Source of the DNA: Candidatus Thalassospirochaeta sargassi
GTDB lineage: Bacteria; Spirochaetota; Spirochaetia; UBA9216
Assembly: GCA_028532855.1 (NCBI GenBank)
Contig: JAQQAL010000022.1
Coordinates: 4,844-68,843, forward strand
Direction of reading: 5' to 3'
DNA length: 64,000 bases
Shown: piece by piece, positions 1-9,257 of the stretch
Layout: every line of letters begins with the position of its first letter
Position numbering within the stretch: position 1 is the stretch's first letter
Notes under the pieces: generated by a model
What the model was told of the DNA's origin: nothing
Database searches by the model: none
What the model saw: the letters and a program-made list of their open reading frames with translations, nothing else
Program-made: the position numbers and the translations under genes

Positions 1-555
1 TTTGCGATTTTACCATTCTATATCCCAATGTTAATTGCGGTTGATTTGAGATTTCTAAGAATTTTACGATTAACAAGACTGTTACGAGTATTAAAAATAA
101 ATCGATACACAAATTCCCTCAAGTTAATTGTAAAGGTGTTAAAAAGAAAAAAGGAAGAACTGATTGTTACCATCTTTGTAATGGTGATAATGTTATTATT
201 GTCTGCTTCGATAATGTATTATTTAGAAACAGATGCACAGCCGGAAGCTTTCCCAAATATAATAGCCGCATTCTGGTGGGCTATAGCAACCTTAACGACT
301 GTTGGTTATGGAGATGTATATCCAGTAACAGTTTTGGGAAAAGTTTTAAGTGCAATTATTGCTGTTATAGGAATTGGAATAGTTGCATTGCCTACAGGAA
401 TCATAAGTTCTGGATTTATTGAAGAGATAAATAAAGAAAATATAAGAAGTAGAAAAAATAGAAGGAAAAAGAATATTAGGAATTTAGAGAGAAGGAAACA
501 GAAAAGAAGATACAATACTAAAATAAAGAAAATAAATGGTTTTAAGGGTGAATAA
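1..555 (+). CDS. Voltage-gated K+ channel (6TM Kv-like), 5'-truncated at the window edge
   Basis: The reading frame is open from nt 1. It has an S4-like RxxRxxR segment (LRILRLTRLLRVLK), a pore helix with the K+ selectivity filter TTVGYGD, and a basic C-terminal tail. Confidence 0.8.
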   Translation, partial: FAILPFYIPMLIAVDLRFLRILRLTRLLRVLKINRYTNSLKLIVKVLKRKKEELIVTIFVMVIMLLLSASIMYYLETDAQPEAFPNIIAAFWWAIATLTTVGYGDVYPVTVLGKVLSAIIAVIGIGIVALPTGIISSGFIEEINKENIRSRKNRRKKNIRNLERRKQKRRYNTKIKKINGFKGE

Positions 556-575
556 TTAAAATACTTGGAGAAGAG

Positions 576-1382
576 ATGAATATATTTGAAGAAATTGGAG
601 AAATATTCCCCGAATTAGATGTGCTCTCTTTTTTGTTGCCAACTACTGATGATGAATTATTGAAAAAATATAGTTCGACTATTGATAATTATAATAATCT
701 AAAAACACTGCCAGTAAAATTTAATGAAATATTCGCCTCGAATGGGTGGATAGCTACTGATGATCTATCAGTACCAGTAATGAAAGAATCTATAGAAATA
801 TATAAAAAAGAAGGTATAGGAAAAGCAGAAGACTTTTTGGTTAATGAATTTACTGAAGATTATTTTTATAATAATTTAAGAAGAATGTGTGCTGTATGGG
901 TTTTTGAAGATAGAAAAGATTTAATAGAACTAGCATATAAAGACCATTCTAAAGAAAGATATCACGCCTCTGTGCCGGTAGTTTTAGCACAAATTGATGG
1001 AATAATTCATGATATTGCGAATCAAAGTTTTTATGAATTAGATAAGAAATTAGATATATTTAAAATAGATAGCGCAATAACCGGATTAAAAAATGAATTG
1101 CATACGATAGCTAAAAAGATGAATAAAACAAGGAATGAGACGAAGAACTCTCCATTATCATTTCCGTATCGTAATGGAATAATACATGGGCGTGATTTAA
1201 ATTATAGTAATAAATATGTCTCTACAAAATGTTTTTTTAATTTATTTGCAATTAGACCATGGGCTTTATTTATTCAGCAAAATGAGATGAAAAAAAGGCA
1301 AGGCGCTGAGTTTATAGATATACCTAAGTTGAAAATAGGAAAAAAATTGGATGAAAAGATTGAAAAATTATTAAAGGATTAG
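576..1382 (+). CDS. Hypothetical cassette protein carrying a possible HEPN-like Rx4H motif (RNGIIHGRD)
   Basis: 268-aa ORF followed directly by attC1. The motif SFPYRNGIIHGRDLNY resembles the HEPN R-x4-6-H signature (HepT/Abi-like). There is no other recognisable domain. Confidence 0.5.
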   Translation: MNIFEEIGEIFPELDVLSFLLPTTDDELLKKYSSTIDNYNNLKTLPVKFNEIFASNGWIATDDLSVPVMKESIEIYKKEGIGKAEDFLVNEFTEDYFYNNLRRMCAVWVFEDRKDLIELAYKDHSKERYHASVPVVLAQIDGIIHDIANQSFYELDKKLDIFKIDSAITGLKNELHTIAKKMNKTRNETKNSPLSFPYRNGIIHGRDLNYSNKYVSTKCFFNLFAIRPWALFIQQNEMKKRQGAEFIDIPKLKIGKKLDEKIEKLLKD

Positions 1383-1403
1383 TTTGCTTTGAAGAAAAAT
1401 CTT

Positions 1404-1534
1404 CATAACAAGCAGTTGGAGCAGTCCTGACTATTGTCACGATTCTGGCAAAGACGTTCGCTGATCGCTCACTCCAGAATCGCGCCAATACCTCGGAAGA
1501 CCTCGGCCGTCAGGCAGCTCAACTGGTCGTTATA
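1404..1534 (+). repeat. Integron attC site 1
   Basis: R''-like cATAACAa at about 1405, an internal gattctgg...ccagaatc hairpin, and the conserved 3' arm cgccaatacctcggaagacctcggccgtcaggcagctcaactggtcGTTATAA. Confidence 0.8.
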
Positions 1535-1592
1535 AATAATAAAGACTTGCGTGTTATAGTAATATATGTTACAGTAAAATATATTACGTTAT

Positions 1593-2939
1593 TTGAGGTT
1601 TTTTATGAAGTTCTATGCAAGAGAACGTGAGTTGGAGCTACTCGAGAAACAATACACCCAGGTTAAAGATAAATCGATCATGACTGTGATAACTGGAAGA
1701 AGGCGAATAGGGAAAACATCACTGTCAAAATTATACGCTAAGAATAAGAAAACTCTCTATCTGTTCATTTCAAAGAAGGATGAAGTGCTCCTTTGTGAAG
1801 AATTTATAGAAAGAATCAAAGCAGAATTTAATATACCCGTAATTGGGGATATAAGAAAGTTTCGTGACCTATTCAAATTAATAATGGAAATAGGTAAGAA
1901 AGAGAAAATTGTAGTAATTATTGACGAGTTTCAGGAATTCTTTCAGATTAATGAATCAGTATATTCAGAAATACAAAATTTATGGGATGAATATAAAAAC
2001 CAAGCGAAAGTACATCTAATTTTTATAGGATCAATTTATTCATTGATGCATAAAATATTTAAGAATAGTAAAGAACCACTATTTGGAAGAGCTGACAGGA
2101 TATTATATCTAAAGGCTTTTCCTCCAAAAGTTATAAAAGAAATTTTATCAGATAATAAGAAGTATAGTGTAAATAATTTATTTGTAAATTATTTATTGAC
2201 TGGAGGTGTCCCAAGATATCAAGAGATATTGTTGGATAATGAAAAATATTCTGAAGAAGAAATACTGGATTTCTACTTTGAAGTAGATTCTCCGTTTATT
2301 GAAGAGGGACGGACGATTCTGATTGAAGAATTTGGAAAAGAATATGGAACATATTTTTCGATATTAGAACTAATGTCAGATGGAAGAACATCACGAAGTG
2401 AAATAGAATCAATCTTAGAAAAAGATATTGGTGGATATTTAGAAAAATTAGTTACAGATTACGATATAGTGGGAAAGATAAAACCTATAGGTTCAAAACC
2501 GACTGGAAGAATACAGAAGTATTATATAAAAGATAATTTTTTGAAATTCTGGTTTAGATTTGTTTATAAATATCGTTCTGCAATAGAGAATAATAATTAT
2601 TTATATATAAGAAAGAATATAGAAGAAAATTTAAGAACCTATAGCGGTCCGATACTTGAAAGACTATATCATGAAATATATCGAAACTCTGGAAATTATA
2701 ATGAAATAGGAAATTATTGGGAGAAGGGTAATCAAAATGAAATTGATTTAGTCTGTATAGATGAGATGAATAAGAGAATGATTATTGGTGAAATTAAAAT
2801 GAATAAAGATAAAGTAAATATGAAGAAGTTGAATGAAAAATCTAAGAAATTGATCAAGAAATATAAAGAATATGAAATTGAAGAAGTAGGGCTCGGATTG
2901 CAGGATTTAGATGAGGTATTAGAAGAAAAATATTTATAA
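1593..2939 (+). CDS. AAA+ ATPase (Arch_ATPase/DUF234-type ATP-binding protein)
   Basis: Walker A ITGRRRIGKTSL and Walker B VVIIDEFQEF; 448 aa; followed by attC2. Confidence 0.7.
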   Translation: MRFFMKFYARERELELLEKQYTQVKDKSIMTVITGRRRIGKTSLSKLYAKNKKTLYLFISKKDEVLLCEEFIERIKAEFNIPVIGDIRKFRDLFKLIMEIGKKEKIVVIIDEFQEFFQINESVYSEIQNLWDEYKNQAKVHLIFIGSIYSLMHKIFKNSKEPLFGRADRILYLKAFPPKVIKEILSDNKKYSVNNLFVNYLLTGGVPRYQEILLDNEKYSEEEILDFYFEVDSPFIEEGRTILIEEFGKEYGTYFSILELMSDGRTSRSEIESILEKDIGGYLEKLVTDYDIVGKIKPIGSKPTGRIQKYYIKDNFLKFWFRFVYKYRSAIENNNYLYIRKNIEENLRTYSGPILERLYHEIYRNSGNYNEIGNYWEKGNQNEIDLVCIDEMNKRMIIGEIKMNKDKVNMKKLNEKSKKLIKKYKEYEIEEVGLGLQDLDEVLEEKYL

Positions 2940-3048
2940 CAAAAGATTTGGAGCAGTCTTAGCTATTGTCACGAAGTTTGCTAATGCAAACTTCCCGCCA
3001 ATGCCCTCGAAGACTCGGGCCGCTAAGCAGCTCAAATCGTCGTTATGT
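2935..3048 (+). repeat. Integron attC site 2
   Basis: TATAACAaaagatttggagcagtcttagc ... gctaagcagctcaaatcgtcGTTATGT. The 5' and 3' arms are reverse complements with bulged bases. The ORF stop TAA overlaps R''. Confidence 0.85.
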
Positions 3049-3079
3049 TTATCGAAAATTTTGGAGAAATTAAAAGTAA

Positions 3080-4153
3080 GTGAATAATACCGATTGGGAT
3101 GAATATGAAAATATAAAAGACAATATCATTTATCTGGATTGGAACATCATTTCTTATTTAAATAAGGGATTGGATCTTCATAATGAAATGGATAGAAAAA
3201 TATATTGTTTATCTTATGTTATGAATAATATTCTTAACCGAAGGAAATGTGTATTCCCGTATAGTAATGGACATTTTTTAGATATAAAAATGGGTTCTGA
3301 TGAATTAATTGATAATTGCTTGCAACAGCTTTTCGATATATCCGGTGGTTGGGAAATATATGAAAACCCAAGAAATCAAGATGAATTAATGATTATTAAA
3401 ACTAATATCCGAGAAAGATATAGGGAATATTCAGACTATCTTGATAAACAGAATGAATATGCAAATAAGAATAAAGTGAATTTAGAAAAATTGATTCAAC
3501 CTTATCGGGATAATGCTAATGTAATTATTGCAAATAATAATCTTAAGAATACAGATGTTGATATGGTGAATAAAGTATTTGATGCATTAATGTACGGTGA
3601 AGATCAATCTCCACAAATTGAAGTCATGAAATTAAACAAGTTTTTAAGAAATATTAAGGGCGAGAAGAAAATCAAATATCCAAATTCATAAAAATGTATA
3701 GAGGATTTTGAAGAAAATAATATAGAAAAAGAATTTGATAAGATGTTTGAAGAAAGTGATTTGCCTTATAGCACATGTGATGATTTTCTTAAGATCATTG
3801 TTGATGTTCCGATATTATCTGAATTTAAGAATAAAATAATTAAATTATGTGCATTGTCAGATATGTTAGGGTTTACATCTGAAAAGACTAAAAAGAAGAC
3901 TTCATTTCAGAGTACAATTAACGATCAGTGTCATCTCTCATATGGATTAAAAACAAAATATTTTGTAACAGAAGATAAGAATCTATATAAAAAGGGGCTT
4001 TTAATAAAAAAATACTTAAAATTAAATGTTGAAGTATTTAAAATTGATGATTTTATAATAAAAATATTAAGATTAATGAAGAAAGATAAGAAAAAAATCG
4101 AGTTGATTGTTAAAAGTGAAAATGGAGATGAAATTTATAGATATGAAGCATGA
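3080..4153 (+). pseudogene. Cassette ORF interrupted by a single in-frame TAA (3689-3691); ORFs 3080..3691 and 3743..4153 share one frame
   Basis: Both ORFs are in frame 2 with no other stop between 3692 and 3743. No attC lies between them. A single attC3 follows the second ORF. Confidence 0.45.
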
Positions 4154-4155
4154 AA

Positions 4156-4272
4156 ACATAACAAGAGATTTGGAGCAGTCTTAGCTATTGTCACGGAAAT
4201 TTTGCTTGCGCAAAATCCGCGCCAATGCCCTCGAAGACTCGGGCCGCTAAGCAGCTCAAATCGTCGTTAAAT
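4156..4272 (+). repeat. Integron attC site 3
   Basis: cATAACAagagatttggagcagtcttagctattgtcacg...cgccaatgccctcgaagactcgggccgctaagcagctcaaatcgtcGTTAAAT. Confidence 0.85.
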
Positions 4273-4370
4273 ACACGAAAAGGGTAAATTATAAAAATGT
4301 TAGGATATTTTTGTTGATGGGTGTAAAATAAAAGGAAGAAATCGCCCGGACCTCCGGCCGACGGGCGATA

Positions 4371-5195
4371 ATGGAATGCTACAATATCTATAGGATTTTA
4401 TATAAAATGTTTTATTTAGGGATAATATTTATTTTCACAATGGCAATATTCTTTAGGATTAAAATTAAAAGGAATAAAACTGTTGATAGTTTTGAGGAAA
4501 AGAACAAATACGATCCTAATTTTTTTACTGAAGATGGGAAGGAGAAGCATATTTTTGAATATATCTTTATTCAGGATAAGTTTCCTGATGAAGGTTCAAT
4601 ATTGATAGAATATAATGAACAAAAAAATCAAATTTATAAAGAGAATAAAGCACGTTATAAGAATATACCAGATGATGAATTACAGTATATAAGTATATTT
4701 GATCTGGAGAAAAATAGTGTAAATGAATTAAAGAATGAAGGAATTGTAAATCCTACATTTATTGGGCGAAAGTATAAAATAGTTAAGAATAAACTACTTA
4801 TTAACGTTTGGGAAATACCATCATTAACCGATTCATTCATCAATGGAAGAAAAGAAAAAGATTTAAAAATTGCTTTAGGAAATCTTATACATAAAAAGTT
4901 GAATATTGATATAGGATTTATTGATGATTTTAGAGGTCCTCTTAGGAAGTATCTTTACTTTCATCAATCAATCCAGACGACTTTTCAGAGTGAATATGGT
5001 ACGCCAATGTTTATTGAGATATTTGGAATAGTTGTGCATGTTAATGGAAAGGATATTATTGATCCTGATATAAAAGAAAATGGATTTCGAAGATCTCTTG
5101 AAGAAGAACTTCCAGGGCCAATTATTATAAGAGTCTTGCAAGCCAATTGGTCAAAAATTAGTTATCCAGGGGTTAATGTTCCATGTTATATGTAA
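4371..5195 (+). CDS. Hypothetical cassette protein with an N-terminal transmembrane anchor
   Basis: 274-aa ORF with a hydrophobic N-terminus (LGIIFIFTMAIFF); followed by attC4. No recognisable domain. Confidence 0.5.
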   Translation: MECYNIYRILYKMFYLGIIFIFTMAIFFRIKIKRNKTVDSFEEKNKYDPNFFTEDGKEKHIFEYIFIQDKFPDEGSILIEYNEQKNQIYKENKARYKNIPDDELQYISIFDLEKNSVNELKNEGIVNPTFIGRKYKIVKNKLLINVWEIPSLTDSFINGRKEKDLKIALGNLIHKKLNIDIGFIDDFRGPLRKYLYFHQSIQTTFQSEYGTPMFIEIFGIVVHVNGKDIIDPDIKENGFRRSLEEELPGPIIIRVLQANWSKISYPGVNVPCYM

Positions 5196-5307
5196 ATACA
5201 ATTGAATATGAAAAATTATAAATATTTAATTTGAATTAATTATATTAGGATATTATTTAAGAAAGAAATCAAGCTTTGACTCCGTCGTACAGCTTGATAA
5301 GAAACGG

Positions 5308-5444
5308 TATTTAACAAGAGATTTGGAGCAGTCTTAGCTATTGTTCACGATTCTGGCGGAGACGTTCGGCTGATCGCCTCTCTCCAGAATCGCGCCAATG
5401 CCCTCGAAGACTCGGGTCGCTAAGCAGCTCAAATCGTCGTTATA
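5308..5444 (+). repeat. Integron attC site 4
   Basis: ATTTAACaagagatttggagcagtcttagctattgttcacgattctggcggagacgttcggctgatcgcc...cgccaatgccctcgaagactcgggtcgctaagcagctcaaatcgtcGTTATAA. Confidence 0.85.
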
Positions 5445-5664
5445 AGTAACCAAGGAATGGGTTTACAAAAGTCTAAGGACATCGTTTACATTTAAGGATG
5501 GAAATGTTTAAGAAGAGATATCAAAAATTATTAATACAGTTGTAATGTTTGTATTGCTTGTAATAGAAATCATTCGTTGTGAGATCTACTTGAGCAAGAA
5601 TAAAGGATAATACAATTATGGGAATCGAGACTTCGTAAAAAAAGATAAGGTTTTGGGTTAGAAA

Positions 5665-6240
5665 ATGATAAGTATAAAATGGGAAGAGATAAAGACAATA
5701 GACCATTCAAAGTATAGGGACTTTGAACGTTTTAGGAATTTTACATTAGCTGAATATGAAAAAGTTAAGAAGGGCTATGTAAACAATGAATGGGTTCTGG
5801 ATTGGAGTAATGATAAACTGAATTGTATTAAAAAAACTGGAGAAATAATATATGAAATAAAATTTACCCATGATGAAAATACTGTTCACATTGAAACAAC
5901 TGATGTAAAAGTGAAGTATGAAGAGGATAAGACAGTATTAAATAATGATAAAGAATACCACCATAGTTTGATACATGATCTTTTTGGATATTTATTAATG
6001 TTTAAAGGTAAAATAAAATTTACTGAAGTAGAAAATATGGTAAAATTTTTCAAAAAATTTGTACTTTTGTATAGAGGTCAAAAGATATTAAAAGTAACTG
6101 ATTTAATGAAGGTTTCTAAAGAAATTACTTGGAAATATCAAATTAATGGAATCGCGTTTTCTGAACCTATTAATCTTAATGGTTATATTAGTGATGAGAC
6201 TAACGAGATTATGTTTACAGCTGAATATCATTTATTATGA
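5665..6240 (+). CDS. Hypothetical cassette protein
   Basis: 191-aa ORF between attC4 and attC5. No recognisable motif. Confidence 0.5.
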   Translation: MISIKWEEIKTIDHSKYRDFERFRNFTLAEYEKVKKGYVNNEWVLDWSNDKLNCIKKTGEIIYEIKFTHDENTVHIETTDVKVKYEEDKTVLNNDKEYHHSLIHDLFGYLLMFKGKIKFTEVENMVKFFKKFVLLYRGQKILKVTDLMKVSKEITWKYQINGIAFSEPINLNGYISDETNEIMFTAEYHLL

Positions 6241-6357
6241 AGAGATGATTATTATGGGGAAGCACAATCTGATGAATGATATTAGTAATGTTAATTGAGA
6301 GAAAAGAAAAGGATAGTTTCAATGATGAAAGAGGTCTATCCTATTTTGGAGAAGTAC

Positions 6358-6497
6358 TTATAACAAGAGATTTGGAGCAGTCTTAGCTATTGTCATGATT
6401 CTGGCAGAGACGTTCCGCGCTGATCGCGCTCCACTCCAGAATCGCGCCAATGCCGCTGAAGACAGCGGCCGCTAAGCAGCTCAAATCGTCGTTATGC
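6358..6497 (+). repeat. Integron attC site 5
   Basis: TTATAACaagagatttggagcagtcttagctattgtcatgattctggcagagacg...cgccaatgccgctgaagacagcggccgctaagcagctcaaatcgtcGTTATGC. Confidence 0.85.
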
Positions 6498-6512
6498 ACC
6501 CGCAGAGCGGGT

Positions 6513-7397
6513 ATGGAAAAAATATCTTTAATAAATTTAATGTTTCAGGTTGCAATAACTGTAAATTTTAAAGATATAGGAGCTAATGGTAATAAAGGTA
6601 AAATAGATTTGGTGAATAAAATGATAAAGTGTACAAATGAAAATAAAAATGAATTACTTACTTTTTTAAAACATAATCCTGCAGAGAATTGTTTCATTAT
6701 AGGTGATTTAGAGAATTACAGTATGGATGAAGAATTCATTGAAATATGGATGATAAGAAAAAAGAAAAATATAACAACCGTATTATTGAGGTTTTATAAT
6801 TACTATACTGTTTCCACCCATGATGAAGATGATATAGAAGAAATTATTAATCATCTAAATGCTGAAAAAGAATTAATAACATTAACTGGCGTAGAATCCG
6901 TGATCGATAAAATCTCGAAAGGAATGGAATTCTCTAAAATTAAAAGAGCAAATTTTGCGGAATTAATAGAAATAAAGAATTATAAAGAAAATTTGCTAAT
7001 TGATATTAAAAAAGCAAATATTGAAGAGATTAATGAATTATTTGAATTCCATAAGAGTATAAAAGAATTTGAAGTAAAAGAAGAAAGCAAAGAAAATTTT
7101 GGAAAAGAATTATTGGATAATACTGGAAGAATTTATTATACAAGAGAAAATAAAAAAATTGTATCGATGGCAATGATAACAGCAGAGAATAGCGTAAATG
7201 GGATGATAATGGGTGTGGCAACAGCCCAAAAATATAGAAGAAAAGGATATGCGAGAGCAATAGTTCAAGAAATATGCAAAAGTATGATTGATAATGGGAA
7301 ATCTGTAGTATTATTTTATGATAATCCAGAAGCAGGGAAAATGTATAAGGAAATTGGATTTGAAGATATAAATCGCCAAGCGACAATATATGCATAA
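6513..7397 (+). CDS. GNAT family N-acetyltransferase, cassette-borne
   Basis: C-terminal GNAT motif A (QKYRRKGYARAIVQEI) with a following YDNPEAGKMYKEIGFE. The track ORF starts at 6450 inside attC5. The start was moved to the ATG at 6513 (MEKISLINL). Confidence 0.7.
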   Translation: MEKISLINLMFQVAITVNFKDIGANGNKGKIDLVNKMIKCTNENKNELLTFLKHNPAENCFIIGDLENYSMDEEFIEIWMIRKKKNITTVLLRFYNYYTVSTHDEDDIEEIINHLNAEKELITLTGVESVIDKISKGMEFSKIKRANFAELIEIKNYKENLLIDIKKANIEEINELFEFHKSIKEFEVKEESKENFGKELLDNTGRIYYTRENKKIVSMAMITAENSVNGMIMGVATAQKYRRKGYARAIVQEICKSMIDNGKSVVLFYDNPEAGKMYKEIGFEDINRQATIYA

Positions 7398-7507
7398 CAA
7401 GCAGTTGGAGCTGTCTTATCTATTGTCACGGAAATTTTGCTTGCGCAAAATCCGCGCCAATACCCTCGAAGACTCGGGCCGCTAAGCAGCTCAACTGGTC
7501 GTTATGT
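7393..7507 (+). repeat. Integron attC site 6
   Basis: cATAACAagcagttggagctgtcttatctattgtcacggaaattttgcttgcgcaaaatccgcgccaataccctcgaagactcgggccgctaagcagctcaactggtcGTTATGT. Confidence 0.85.
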
Positions 7508-7579
7508 TTACATGGAATATATACTATAGTAACGTATAAAAAGCTTGTGAATTATATGATTTACTGGTAAAATGATCAA

Positions 7580-8758
7580 ATGGAAGAATTACTATATCAA
7601 TACAACCCTTGGTGGTCAGACGAATTCGATGTTGAGGATCTAATAATTAGAACCAATTACTTCAACAAATTAAAAAGGAATGTAGAAAATAAATCAATTA
7701 TCTTTCTGACTGGATTAAGAAGAGTTGGGAAGACAACTCTTATGAAATTGTTGATACAAGATTTAATAGAGTCAGGGATAGAAACTAAAAATATATTCTA
7801 TATAAGTTTAGATGATTACGTTTTGATAGATAAACCGTTAAGAGATATTCTTACGGAATATAGAAAGATTCATAAATTATCAATGAAAGATAAGGTGTAT
7901 ATCTTCTTTGATGAAATAACATATTCAAAGGATTATCATCAGCAATTAAAAAATATTTATGATACTCAGAACACTAAAGTGTTTGCTACATCTTCGTCAA
8001 GTTCTTTGTTAAAGGATAAAAAAGCATTTTTAACTGGTAGAGCGATTACATATGAAGTTAAACCACTTGATTTTAATGAATATTTAAAATTTAAGAATAT
8101 AAAAGTGAAAAAGAGTGAAGGATATTTATTAGAAACATATTTTAAAGATTATATGCGAGAAGGCGGAATGCCAGAAAATGTTCTTAATCCTAGTAGAGAA
8201 TATTTAATGAATTTGATAGATGATATAATCCAAAAAGATATAACAGCCTATAATGGTTTAAGAAACCATCAGATTGTCAGGGATTATTATACTTTGTTAA
8301 TGGAGAGAAGTGGAAAGCAATTAAGCATAAATAAAATAGGAAATATTCTGAAACTGTCAGTAGATACAGCACGAAGATATTTGGGGTATTTTGAAGAAAC
8401 TTATTTAATACATTTGTTATCACGGTATGGAAAAACAAATGAAAAATTGCTATCGGCAAAAAAAATATATGCATGTGATCTAGGGATAAAACATCTTTTC
8501 ATAGGTGAAAGAGATTTAGGAAGCTATTTAGAAAATTATATATATCTCAAGATGAGGAATAATAAAGACTTATTTTATTTATATGAAAATGGGAATGAAA
8601 TAGATTTTATTACAAGAGATGGGATATTAATAGAATCAAAATATTTTTCAGAGATGAATGAGAAACAAAAGAAACTATTTGAAGAAACAGAAGCAACTGC
8701 AAAGTATGTTATAGACAATATTAAAAAGCTTGAAATCCTAGAAGAATTCGAAACATAA
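7580..8758 (+). CDS. AAA+ ATPase (COG1373-like, DUF4143-type ATP-binding protein)
   Basis: Walker A FLTGLRRVGKTTL and Walker B VYIFFDEITY; 392 aa; followed by attC7. Confidence 0.7.
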   Translation: MEELLYQYNPWWSDEFDVEDLIIRTNYFNKLKRNVENKSIIFLTGLRRVGKTTLMKLLIQDLIESGIETKNIFYISLDDYVLIDKPLRDILTEYRKIHKLSMKDKVYIFFDEITYSKDYHQQLKNIYDTQNTKVFATSSSSSLLKDKKAFLTGRAITYEVKPLDFNEYLKFKNIKVKKSEGYLLETYFKDYMREGGMPENVLNPSREYLMNLIDDIIQKDITAYNGLRNHQIVRDYYTLLMERSGKQLSINKIGNILKLSVDTARRYLGYFEETYLIHLLSRYGKTNEKLLSAKKIYACDLGIKHLFIGERDLGSYLENYIYLKMRNNKDLFYLYENGNEIDFITRDGILIESKYFSEMNEKQKKLFEETEATAKYVIDNIKKLEILEEFET

Positions 8759-8869
8759 CAAGAGATTTGGAGCAGTCTTAGCTATTGTCATGGAAATTTT
8801 GCTTACGCAAAATCCGCGCCAATGCCCTCGAAGACTCGGGTCGCTAAGCAGCTCAAATCGTCGTTAAAC
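8754..8869 (+). repeat. Integron attC site 7 (last complete site)
   Basis: ACATAACAagagatttggagcagtcttagctattgtcatggaaattttgcttacgcaaaatccgcgccaatgccctcgaagactcgggtcgctaagcagctcaaatcgtcGTTAAAC. Confidence 0.85.
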
Positions 8870-9094
8870 CGCTCAATTCTGTAGATTGCTGTCTATTACT
8901 TTATATTACTTCTATATAAGAAATTAGTCAAATCTTATTGCTCCTGGTTAAGTTGGATTCGGTCTGGTCGCAACTAATTCCTATCACTAACTGCTGTCAT
9001 ATATGTATACACTAATAAGCTTTATTGCTACTTTCTTGTTGGTGCCTATTTTATCATCCTGTTAATGTCTTGTCTTAAAATCATTATATCTTTT

Positions 9095-9122
9095 GGAGGT
9101 TATTTGGCCACCTCTTTTTTTT
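9095..9122 (+). terminator. Putative rho-independent terminator downstream of the cassette array
   Basis: Hairpin GGAGGT-tatttggcc-ACCTCT followed by a T8 run. Confidence 0.35.
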
Positions 9123-9257
9123 CTCAACTGTCAGGTTAATAACCTCACTGTAAACTATTATAACTGTTAAATATTAAAACTATTTTTGTACTAACTAATT
9201 GAATAGTTTCTAATATAACAAAAAAGTATATTTTATTCTTTCTACGTCGGGAATTTT

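Larger units (their letters stand above)
1..8869 (+). mobile_element. Integron gene-cassette array with at least 7 cassettes and homogeneous attC sites; the integrase is not in the window (it lies upstream, or this is a CALIN, a cluster of attC sites lacking an integrase)
   Basis: Seven ~115-140 bp conserved imperfect palindromes each sit directly 3' of a + strand ORF, all in one orientation. Each is bounded by mutually complementary cores (5' ..TAACAA.. and 3' ..GTTATnn / GTTAAAn). The internal L''/L' arms pair with bulges and enclose a variable hairpin. Confidence 0.8.

Noticed and set aside
306-515. Short antisense or nested ORFs inside confident genes (e.g. 306..515-, 4655..4843-, 7030..7395-, 8277..8474-, 13943..14260+, 43064..43576-, 43488..43817-, 46175..46636-, 49274..49765-, 51576..51953-)
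   Set aside because: Each lies wholly within or opposite a better-supported gene with conserved motifs. Their translations are low-complexity (AT-rich frames). They are considered spurious.
3689-3691. Alternative genetic code as the explanation for the in-frame TAA in cassette 3
   Set aside because: All conserved housekeeping genes (ftsH, lepA, argS, ilvB, leuA) are intact under the standard code, so a point nonsense mutation or a two-gene cassette is more parsimonious.
1404-8869. Conserved repeats as REP/MITE elements or transcription terminators
   Set aside because: All repeats are strictly unidirectional and always immediately 3' of an ORF. They are bounded by complementary RYYYAAC/GTTRRRY-type cores with the bulged-arm architecture of attC sites. 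A MITE or a terminator would not show this arrangement.
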